This document shows, piece after piece, positions 36,454 to 44,999 of a stretch of DNA of 64,000 nucleotides. The translations under genes were made by a program, and so were the position numbers. This stretch comes from Nitrospirota bacterium (GTDB lineage: Bacteria; Nitrospirota; Nitrospiria; 2-01-FULL-66-17), in assembly GCA_049325335.1 (NCBI GenBank), contig JBMOMC010000006.1, forward strand, positions 32,001 to 96,000. The letters run 5' to 3'. Under the pieces are notes generated by a model that saw only the letters and a list, made by a program, of their open reading frames with translations, was not told where the DNA came from and ran no database searches. Every line of letters starts with the position of its first letter. The first letter of the stretch is position 1.

Positions 36454-39303
36454 TTGTCCATCACGTCCTACCACGCCAAGTTTCTCGCCCATGAGCTGAC
36501 CAAACGCTGTGCCTCCGATACCATCGAGAAACTCGCCGGCGCGTTGGTGGACGCCCAGGTGGACCTCAATCCGCACCAGGTCGAAGCGGCCCTGTTCGCT
36601 TTCCGATCGCCGCTGTCCAAGGGCGCGCTGCTCGCCGACGAAGTCGGGTTGGGGAAGACGATCGAGGCCGGTCTGGTGCTCTCGCAGAAATGGGCGGAGC
36701 GAAAGCGGCGAGTCTTGGTGATCACGCCCTCCAATCTCCGCAAACAGTGGCATCAGGAGTTGACCGAGAAATTCTTCCTCCCGTGTCATATTTTGGAAAC
36801 CAAGTCGTACAAGGAAGCGATCAAACAGGGGCGGCCGCATCCGTTTCACGCCGACGCGATCATTATCTGCTCCTACCAATTCGCCCGCGGCAAGGCGGCT
36901 GACATCAGTTCGATCCCGTGGGACCTGGTTGTCATCGACGAGGCCCACCGACTGCGAAACGTCTACAAGCCGTCGAACATCATCGCGAATACGCTCAAAG
37001 AGGCGCTCAAACACGCTCCCAAGCTGCTGCTGACCGCCACGCCGCTCCAAAATTCCCTGCTGGAATTATTCGGCCTGGTGAGTTTCGTCGATGAACACGC
37101 GTTCGGGGATCTGAAGAGTTTTCGCGAACAATTTGCCTCGGTGAACGATCCCGCGGTCTTCGGCGCCCTCAGGGCGAGGCTCCGGCCGCTCTGCCATCGG
37201 ACGTTGCGGCGCCAGGTTCTTCCGTACGTGCGGTATACGAAGCGGCTGCCCATCGTCCAACCCTTTACGCCGGAGGAGGGCGAGGATCGGCTCTATCATT
37301 TGGTCTCCGACTACCTCCGTCGCGACAATCTGCAAGCCCTACCGTCAAGCCAGCGCACGCTCATGACGCTGGTGTTGCGGAAGCTGCTGGCCTCATCAAC
37401 GTTCGCGATCGCCGGGGCCCTTGAGACATTAAGCGGACGGCTTCAGGAGCGGTTGAAAGCGCAGGAGCCCGCGCAGCCCCTGGAAGACGAGTTGGACCAG
37501 GATTACGAAGCGCTCGACGAAACGGCCGAGGAGTGGTCCGAGAACGGAGGCCCTGAACCAATGTCAGCCGCCGATCGTGAAGCGATCGGGCGCGAGATCG
37601 CTGACTTGGACCGGTTCCGGGAACTGGCGGTCTCGATCACCCACAACGCCAAGGGCAAAGCCCTGCTCGTGGCGCTTGAGCGCGCCTTCACCGAGGCTGA
37701 CCGACTGAGAGCGCCGCGCAAAGCGATCATCTTCACCGAGTCGCGCCGCACGCAGGACTACTTGCTCCGAGTCCTGGCGGACGGGCCGTATCGCGACAAG
37801 ATCGTGCTCTTTAACGGCTCCAACACCGACGAAGGGTCTCGTCGCATCTATGCCGAGTGGGTCGAGCGGCATACCGGCACCGACCGCGTGACCGGCTCGC
37901 GCACCGCGGACATGCGCTCCGCGTTGGTCGACTATTTCAGAGAGCAAGGCCAGATCATGATTGCGACCGAGGCGGGGGCGGAGGGCATCAATCTCCAGTT
38001 CTGCGCGCTCGTGGTGAACTACGACCTGCCCTGGAACCCCCAGCGCATCGAACAGCGAATCGGCCGCTGCCATCGCTACGGCCAACAACACGACGTCGTG
38101 GTAGTTAACTTCCTGAATCAGACGAACGAGGCCGATCAACGCGTGTTCAGAATTCTGTCCGAAAAGTTCCGGCTCTTCGATGGCGTATTCGGCGCGAGCG
38201 ACGAAGTGCTCGGCGCCATCGAATCGGGCGTGGATTTCGAAAAGCGCATCGCGGACATCTACCAGCGCTGCCGGAAGCCGGAAGAGATCAACAATGCCTT
38301 CGACCAGCTTCAACTCGACCTGAGCACCCAGATCAACGACGCCATCACGAAAACGCGTCAACAACTGCTGGAGCACTTCGACGACGAAGTGCGGGAAAAA
38401 CTCCGCGTGAGCGACGAGAGTTCGCGCCAGTACCTGAATTATTTTGAGCGGATGTTGATGCGTCTCACCCGGTACGAACTCACTGGTCACACTGAGTTCC
38501 TCAGCGATTCGGCATTCCGCCTGAACGCCTGTCCGTTCGAAGGCGACATCCCGCTCGGCCTCTATGAACTCCCGCGTCGGTCGGGTGAAGCCCATTTCTA
38601 CCGCATGGGCCATCCACTGGCACAACGGATCCTTGACCAAGCCAAGAACCGCCCGCTGGCGCCCGCTCAAGTGGTCTTCGACCTGAGCCAATACGATGGG
38701 AAGGTCAGCGTCTTAGAACCGTTCCTCGGTCAGTCGGGCAGTCTCATGCTCGCTTTGCTCACGGTCGAATCCCTCGACCAGGCGGAAGATTATCTGCTCG
38801 TCGGCGCGGTGACTGATGACGGAAGAACGTTGGATGAGGACGCCGCACGCCGGTTGTTCGCCTTGCCGGGGCGCGTAGTCAAAGAGCTTGCTGGCGAGGG
38901 AGGCGACGCGGGATTGGAGGAGATCCTCCATCGGCGGCAAGAAACCATTCAGCGGACAATCGCGCAGCGCAATGCGGCGTTTTTCGAGGTGGAGGCGGAA
39001 AAGTTAGACGGCTGGGCCGATGATCTCAAAGTGGGCCTTGAGCGGGAGATCAAGGAAATGGATCGCCAGATCAAGGACGCCCGGAGGGCTGCGGCCGCAT
39101 CGCTGACCCTGGAGGAAAAGCTGGCGGGGCAAAAGGACGTCAAGGCTTTGGAAGGCCAGCGCAGCGCCAAGCGGCGGGCATTGTTCGATGCGCAGGATGC
39201 TATTGATCAGAGGCGCGAGCAGTTGATCGCAGAGATCGAGGGAAAGTTGCAACAGCGCGTGACACGGACAGGACTCTTTTCCATTCAATGGGTCCTAACG
39301 TGA
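36454..39303 (+). CDS. SNF2-family helicase associated with type III R-M
   Basis: LLADEVGLGKT, IDEAH, LTATPLQN, TEAGAEGINLQ, QRIGRCHRYGQ; probable TTG start at 36454. Confidence 0.9.
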   Translation: MSITSYHAKFLAHELTKRCASDTIEKLAGALVDAQVDLNPHQVEAALFAFRSPLSKGALLADEVGLGKTIEAGLVLSQKWAERKRRVLVITPSNLRKQWHQELTEKFFLPCHILETKSYKEAIKQGRPHPFHADAIIICSYQFARGKAADISSIPWDLVVIDEAHRLRNVYKPSNIIANTLKEALKHAPKLLLTATPLQNSLLELFGLVSFVDEHAFGDLKSFREQFASVNDPAVFGALRARLRPLCHRTLRRQVLPYVRYTKRLPIVQPFTPEEGEDRLYHLVSDYLRRDNLQALPSSQRTLMTLVLRKLLASSTFAIAGALETLSGRLQERLKAQEPAQPLEDELDQDYEALDETAEEWSENGGPEPMSAADREAIGREIADLDRFRELAVSITHNAKGKALLVALERAFTEADRLRAPRKAIIFTESRRTQDYLLRVLADGPYRDKIVLFNGSNTDEGSRRIYAEWVERHTGTDRVTGSRTADMRSALVDYFREQGQIMIATEAGAEGINLQFCALVVNYDLPWNPQRIEQRIGRCHRYGQQHDVVVVNFLNQTNEADQRVFRILSEKFRLFDGVFGASDEVLGAIESGVDFEKRIADIYQRCRKPEEINNAFDQLQLDLSTQINDAITKTRQQLLEHFDDEVREKLRVSDESSRQYLNYFERMLMRLTRYELTGHTEFLSDSAFRLNACPFEGDIPLGLYELPRRSGEAHFYRMGHPLAQRILDQAKNRPLAPAQVVFDLSQYDGKVSVLEPFLGQSGSLMLALLTVESLDQAEDYLLVGAVTDDGRTLDEDAARRLFALPGRVVKELAGEGGDAGLEEILHRRQETIQRTIAQRNAAFFEVEAEKLDGWADDLKVGLEREIKEMDRQIKDARRAAAASLTLEEKLAGQKDVKALEGQRSAKRRALFDAQDAIDQRREQLIAEIEGKLQQRVTRTGLFSIQWVLT

Positions 39304-39343
39304 TCATGATCTCTAAGTCCTTCAATCAGTCCGATTGATGCGA

Positions 39344-39372
39344 TTGAACGGTGCTATTGAAACCGGTATGCT
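39344..39372 (+). promoter_or_regulatory. Putative sigma70 promoter of AAA/S8 pair
   Basis: TTGAAC-N17-TATGCT. Confidence 0.45.
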
Positions 39373-39448
39373 AGGCCCGTTTGGGACTCTGTAGAAAGGG
39401 TGCTGAGCGGCTTTGGCCAAACCGCCCAAGGAGCGCATCAGTCCGCAG

Positions 39449-40423
39449 ATGGCACGATCTGATCTTCTCATATCGCTGGTCAAGACAGGGCGGGACAGTT
39501 CTAATCCGCGTTTCCGTCGCGCGGTCGAAGCCCTGATCGCAGAGGAGCGCGCTAAGAAGCACAATATGCTTGCAGACCAACTCGCCGCCGCTTACACTGA
39601 CCAATCTACGAACGGTCCGCCACGGCCCCTAAGTGCGCCGTCGGGAACCGTAGCCGATTTGGTGTACGAGATTGCTTCCGACCGTAGGCTCGACAGCCTC
39701 GTCTTGCCTCAGATAGTGGCCCAAGAGTGTCGGAGTCTGATCGAGGAGCATCGGCGTGCCGACCTTCTGCGTTCCTTTGGTCTTGCGCCGCGCCATCGTG
39801 TCCTTCTCGTCGGCCCACCCGGCAATGGAAAAACGTCTCTTGCAGAGTCACTGGCTCACGAGTTGATGGTCCCATTGCTGGCCATTCGATACGAAGGCCT
39901 TATCGGCAGCTACCTGGGCGAGACAGCGGCACGTCTGCGGAAAGTCTTTGATTATGCCCGACAGCGAGCGTGTTTGCTGTTTTTTGACGAATTCGAGACG
40001 CTGGGCAAAGAACGCGGTGATGAACACGAAACTGGAGAGATCAAGCGCGTGGTCAGCACGCTTCTACTGCAAATTGATAGCCTTCCTCCGCATGTTGTGG
40101 TGGTTACCGCGACAAACCATCGCGAGTTGTTGGACCGTGCGGTCTGGCGTCGCTTTCAACTTCGTCTTGAGCTGCCTAGTCCGACGAAGAGACAGGTGAC
40201 GCAATTCCTCGATCGTTTGTTCGCACAATTGGAGTTCGCGCGTACTCTGCCGGTAAGTACTTTCGCGGAGTCATTCCGCAGCGCGAGCTATTCCGAAATC
40301 GAGGACTTTGTGCGTGATCTTGCTCGTCGCTATGTTCTTGCAATTCCGAATGGCGACGTACGAAAGATCGCACGGGATCTGCTCGCCGCGTGGAAAGCTC
40401 GAGCGGGTTCCGAATCTCGATAA
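39449..40423 (+). CDS. AAA+ ATPase, IetA-like
   Basis: GPPGNGKT, LFFDEFE, GEIKRVV, ATNH.ELLD.AVWRRF; directly upstream of an S8 protease. Confidence 0.85.
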   Translation: MARSDLLISLVKTGRDSSNPRFRRAVEALIAEERAKKHNMLADQLAAAYTDQSTNGPPRPLSAPSGTVADLVYEIASDRRLDSLVLPQIVAQECRSLIEEHRRADLLRSFGLAPRHRVLLVGPPGNGKTSLAESLAHELMVPLLAIRYEGLIGSYLGETAARLRKVFDYARQRACLLFFDEFETLGKERGDEHETGEIKRVVSTLLLQIDSLPPHVVVVTATNHRELLDRAVWRRFQLRLELPSPTKRQVTQFLDRLFAQLEFARTLPVSTFAESFRSASYSEIEDFVRDLARRYVLAIPNGDVRKIARDLLAAWKARAGSESR

Positions 40424-40438
40424 TCCAGGGGCACCCCA

Positions 40439-43054
40439 TTGCCCGACAAGCCGATTCTCATATTTCCAGCCGCGACTGTCGAAGCGCGACGACCACTTCC
40501 ACAGGGTTTCACTCCACCTCGTACACGACCGACGCAAGCACAGCAACGTAGACGTCTGGCAGCTCGATTTCAGGCACTTTCACAGAGCTTTGGGGTCGTC
40601 CGTGCAGATACGACTGGCCTCGATCCCGAGCAGGTCGTTGTTTTCGAGGTCGCTGGCGCCATCGCTGACTTTCAGAATGTCGTTAGGCGACTCGGGGGAA
40701 TGGAGTGGCTTGGTGATTTTGAAGTCGAGATCGCCGAGCCACCTCCAGCATTTTTCGAACAGGGCGTGTCCGTAACGCCGCTGGCGGGTCGGCTGTTCGT
40801 TGTCGTCAGCAACCAAGCAAAGCTCAACGAGATCGTCCGGCTCTGGCGGCTCTGGTGCCGATCAAGCGACGAAAAGCTCCCTCGTAACTTTGGGAAGTTA
40901 GCCGAGGTCTTTAAGCACCTGAACGACGTGCGTCCATGGGGCGTACAAGATCGCCTTCGAGAGCGCCGCGCTCTCGATTGGTGGAGGGACTGCCTTGCAG
41001 CGAATAAGGCGACTATTCGCTTTGAGGTCGAACTCTGGTGCCGTCAGTCGGCGGAGAAACAAGCCGAGGCTTACCGACACCTTCAGGGTGTCGTTCAGGA
41101 GATTCATGGTCAGTGCGTCACGCAGGCTGCCATTTGGGAGATCGATTATCATGGTGTACTCGTCGATCTTCCAGCATCGGCGGTCCAGGCCACGATAGAT
41201 GCACTCAACGCTCAGGGAGATACCAAGCTTCTGCGTCTCACCGACATCAAGTATTTCTGTCCGATGGGGCAAGTCGTCATAGCCCATCCGACAGAGTCGG
41301 CACCAGGCGACTTCCCCCAACAGCCGCGACCAGGCGGTGATCCGATTGTTGGCCTGTTAGATGGCCTTCCCCTCGAAAACCATGCAGCACTCCAGGATCG
41401 TCTCATTATCGATGACCCAGATGGCTTTTCTTCTCGGTACGGCGCAGGGGAGCAACGTCACGGCACGGCGATGGCTTCTCTAATCGTGCACGGCGAACTG
41501 GATGGAAACGAGGATGCACTTCTCCGCCCCGTGTATACGCGACCAATCATGTATCCCGGCAGCCCCAATATTAACCACATCCGATGGGAGCAGTTACCCG
41601 AGGGCAACCTGCCAGTTGATCTCACTTTTCGCGCGGTACGACGGATGTTCGAGAGTGACGGGGTGACACCTGCAGTTGCGCCAACCGTCAAGGTCATCAA
41701 CTTCAGTATTGGTGACGCAAATCAGCTCTTCGATCGCGAAATGAGTCCATGGGCTCGCTTGCTGGATTGGCTGGCGTGGAAATATAAGGTGGTGTTTGTC
41801 GTCAGCGCGGGCAACCACCACGGGAACGTTACATTGGAAACGCCCGCAGATCAGTTGATGACACTCGGCGATGACACGCTGCGCGCCCAGACGCTGCGCG
41901 CGATGGCGCGGGATCAATTGCAGCGACGTCTGCTTGCTCCGTCGGAGTCCGTCAATGCGGTTACCGTGGGAGCCGTACATGCGGATCTTGGGCCGAATAG
42001 CCCGCCCCCGAGCCTTGTGGATCCTCTTCGGAATGCCCGCTATTGCAGCCCGATTTCCTCTGTCGCCGGTGGGTTCCGACGATCCGTCAAGCCGGATATC
42101 TTGGTTGCTGGAGGCCGTCAACATTATCGGATACAGATGACGACGCCGAGTGCGAATCCGGCCGTGCTTGAGGTGCCGGAAAATCACAGCCAGCTTGGCC
42201 AGCGCGTGGCCGCTCCGGGTGGCATAGCGATTCCCCCAAATCACACGACACGTGTATGCGGAACCAGCAACGCTGCGGCTTTGACCACGCGTCGAGGTGC
42301 CCAATTGTACGATCAGATTCACGCTCTGCGCACAGAGCCGGGCGGCGAAGTACTGACGGACGACCTCGTTTCGGTACTAATCAAAGCGCTGCTTGTTCAT
42401 GGAACATCATGGAACGACATGGAAGGCGTGATTGGTTCTGCTCTGGATCAAGGCGACAACGGAAATACCCGATGGAATCGGGTGAAGCGCGCCTGTACCC
42501 AGTTTCTTGGATATGGCGAGGCGGATTGGGTTCGAGGCAGCGTGTGTACCGATCAGCGAGTCATCATGCTTGGAGTCGGTCGTCTTGAGGCGGACCGAGC
42601 ACACGTTTACGAGGTGCCTCTTCCGCCAGCGCTGAGTGCCCAGCGTGTCGGCAGGCGCCTGACGGTCACCCTGGCTTGGCTGACGCCAATCAATACGCGT
42701 CATCGTTCATACCGCGTGGCCTCGCTATGGTTTGACCCGCCATGCGACGCATTACAGTTGGAGAGACGGGATGGTCACCACGACACAGTAAACCGGGGAA
42801 CCGTTCAACATGAGATCCTTGAAGGCGACCGAGCGGTGCCGATCACTGTCGGCGATACCGCTACGGTGCAGGTCAACTGCCGATCTGATGCTGGAACAAA
42901 GCTGCCTTCTCCGATTCCATACGCGCTCGCAGTAACCCTCGAGGTCTCACGTCCCCTCGCGGTGAGTGTGTACGACGAGGTGAGGGTCGCTCTGGATCGA
43001 ATCCGCACAGTATCACGTGTCCGTCCTCCCGTTCGCACAGGTGGTCGTGGGTAG
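40439..43054 (+). CDS. S8 subtilisin-like serine protease, IetS-like
   Basis: Catalytic triad VGLLDG / HGTAMAS / GTSNAA; oxyanion VSAGN; no signal peptide. Confidence 0.85.
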   Translation: MPDKPILIFPAATVEARRPLPQGFTPPRTRPTQAQQRRRLAARFQALSQSFGVVRADTTGLDPEQVVVFEVAGAIADFQNVVRRLGGMEWLGDFEVEIAEPPPAFFEQGVSVTPLAGRLFVVVSNQAKLNEIVRLWRLWCRSSDEKLPRNFGKLAEVFKHLNDVRPWGVQDRLRERRALDWWRDCLAANKATIRFEVELWCRQSAEKQAEAYRHLQGVVQEIHGQCVTQAAIWEIDYHGVLVDLPASAVQATIDALNAQGDTKLLRLTDIKYFCPMGQVVIAHPTESAPGDFPQQPRPGGDPIVGLLDGLPLENHAALQDRLIIDDPDGFSSRYGAGEQRHGTAMASLIVHGELDGNEDALLRPVYTRPIMYPGSPNINHIRWEQLPEGNLPVDLTFRAVRRMFESDGVTPAVAPTVKVINFSIGDANQLFDREMSPWARLLDWLAWKYKVVFVVSAGNHHGNVTLETPADQLMTLGDDTLRAQTLRAMARDQLQRRLLAPSESVNAVTVGAVHADLGPNSPPPSLVDPLRNARYCSPISSVAGGFRRSVKPDILVAGGRQHYRIQMTTPSANPAVLEVPENHSQLGQRVAAPGGIAIPPNHTTRVCGTSNAAALTTRRGAQLYDQIHALRTEPGGEVLTDDLVSVLIKALLVHGTSWNDMEGVIGSALDQGDNGNTRWNRVKRACTQFLGYGEADWVRGSVCTDQRVIMLGVGRLEADRAHVYEVPLPPALSAQRVGRRLTVTLAWLTPINTRHRSYRVASLWFDPPCDALQLERRDGHHDTVNRGTVQHEILEGDRAVPITVGDTATVQVNCRSDAGTKLPSPIPYALAVTLEVSRPLAVSVYDEVRVALDRIRTVSRVRPPVRTGGRG

Positions 43055-43117
43055 CAATGATTCGTCGCGTTGGTATTTGAGACGCTTGTTAATACTGCAC
43101 CAGTGACCTGCTAAGAC

Positions 43118-44752
43118 ATGGATAGACGCCAAAAACTCGAACTCACTTGGATCGGGAAGGAGAACCGGCCAAAACTGGAGCCGCGGATTCTGCTGGCGGA
43201 CCCGAAGACGTCTTACCACGCACCACACCGAGTCACCGACCGCGACTTGTTCGACAACCGCCTCATTTTCGGCGACAACCTGCTCGCCCTCAAAGCCCTC
43301 GAACAGGAATTTTCTGGCAAGATCAAGTGCATTTTTATTGACCCACCGTACAATACCGGTGCAGCGTTCGAGCACTATGATGACGGGGTGGAACATTCGA
43401 CCTGGCTGTCGCTGATGCGCGATCGGCTAGAAATCATCTGGCGGCTGTTGTCCGACGACGGTTCGCTGTGGATCACCATCGATGACAACGAGGCGCATTA
43501 CCTGAAGGTGTTGTGCGATGAGGTGTTTGGGCGGGCCAACTTCGTTGCCTCGATGGTTTGGGAAAAAGACAGCGGGCGCAAGAACGATACAGACGTTTCT
43601 TCGTCGCACGACTATGTACTACTTTTCGCTCGCAATAGAGAGATATGGCGTAAGACGCGGAATCTGTTGGAGCGCAGCGACGAGCAGCTTGACCGGTATC
43701 AGAATCCCGATAACGACCCTCGGGGGGCGTGGAGACAAGGAGCTGACGGTACGGCAAAGAGTGGGAGCGAAAGTCTGCGCTATCCCATTACATTACCTTC
43801 GGGTAGGGTAGTAACACCTCCCTCTGGTAATTTTTGGAGGTTCAGTCGAGAAACCTTTGAAACGGCGGTTGCGGAGAATCGCGTCTACTTTGGGAAGGAC
43901 GGCAATCGCCTGCCGATCATTAAGAAGTACCTCTCCGAGATTCAAACCGGTATTGTGCCCAAAACATGGTGGCCTGCCGACGAGGTCGGATCGAACCAAG
44001 AAGCCAGGCGAGATCATTTGAGGAAGCTGTTACCCGACATCGAACCCTTTGCCACGCCCAAGCCGGAGCGGCTGCTCAAACGAATCGTTGAGATTGCCAC
44101 CAATCCCGGTGACTTGGTCCTTGACTCATTCGCCGGTTCCGGCACCACCGGGGCCGTCGCCCACAAGATGGGTCGTCGCTGGATCATGGTGGAGCTTGGC
44201 GAGCACTGCCACACGCATATCATTCCGCGTCTGAAGAAGGTCATCGACGGAACCGACAAGGGGGGAATCACCGAGGCCGTGGGCTGGAAGGGCGGCGGTG
44301 GGTTTCGTTATTACCGGCTGGCGCCGTCGCTGCTGGAGCAGGACAAGTGGGGGAATTGGGTTATCAATAAGGCGTACAACTCGGCGATGCTGGCCGAGGC
44401 TGTCTGCAAGCTGGAGGGATTCACGTACGCGCCCAGCGACGCGGCCTACTGGCAGCACGGTCACTCCACCGAGTGCGATTTCATCTACGTCACCACGCAG
44501 AATCTGAACCACGACCAGCTCCAGCAGCTCAGCGACGAGGTCGGCCCCAATCGCACGCTGCTCGTGATGTGCACCGCCTTCCGCGCCAAGCCGGATCGGT
44601 TTCCCAACCTGACGATCAAGAAGATCCCCAAGACCGTGCTCTCCCGGTGTGAGTGGGGCAAGGACGATTACAGCCTGCGCGTGGAGAACCTGCCGAAGGC
44701 GCCGCCCCCGATGGGGCAGCAGGAGTTGGAATTGGACCGAGATAAGAGATAG
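43118..44752 (+). CDS. mod: Type III R-M methyltransferase (Mod)
   Basis: GDNLLAL, IDPPY, TPKPERLL, DSFAGSGTT (beta-class N6-adenine MTase). Confidence 0.9.
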   Translation: MDRRQKLELTWIGKENRPKLEPRILLADPKTSYHAPHRVTDRDLFDNRLIFGDNLLALKALEQEFSGKIKCIFIDPPYNTGAAFEHYDDGVEHSTWLSLMRDRLEIIWRLLSDDGSLWITIDDNEAHYLKVLCDEVFGRANFVASMVWEKDSGRKNDTDVSSSHDYVLLFARNREIWRKTRNLLERSDEQLDRYQNPDNDPRGAWRQGADGTAKSGSESLRYPITLPSGRVVTPPSGNFWRFSRETFETAVAENRVYFGKDGNRLPIIKKYLSEIQTGIVPKTWWPADEVGSNQEARRDHLRKLLPDIEPFATPKPERLLKRIVEIATNPGDLVLDSFAGSGTTGAVAHKMGRRWIMVELGEHCHTHIIPRLKKVIDGTDKGGITEAVGWKGGGGFRYYRLAPSLLEQDKWGNWVINKAYNSAMLAEAVCKLEGFTYAPSDAAYWQHGHSTECDFIYVTTQNLNHDQLQQLSDEVGPNRTLLVMCTAFRAKPDRFPNLTIKKIPKTVLSRCEWGKDDYSLRVENLPKAPPPMGQQELELDRDKR

Positions 44753-44759
44753 CGCGCGA

Positions 44760-44999
44760 ATGAAGCGACCTATGCGGGCGACGTTGTATCACCGGATTCG
44801 GGAGATTCTGGAATCGGCCCGGACCCGCGTGGCGCGGACGGTCAACACCACATCCTGGGACACGCCGACATCACAACAATCGGAGATCTGGTACGCACCG
44901 TGTACCGAATCCTGGAAGCCGGGCCGGCTTCACCCGAACTTCGTTTGGACCCATTTGGGCTGGCATCCGGCGCGCGCACCGCGAAAGCGCACGCCGTGA
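44760..44999 (+). pseudogene. Internally deleted DUF1016-family remnant
   Basis: LYHRIREILESARTRVARTVNT matches the DUF1016 N-terminus, then jumps to WKPGRLHPNFVWTH (LSWTH-like) and stops. Confidence 0.6.
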
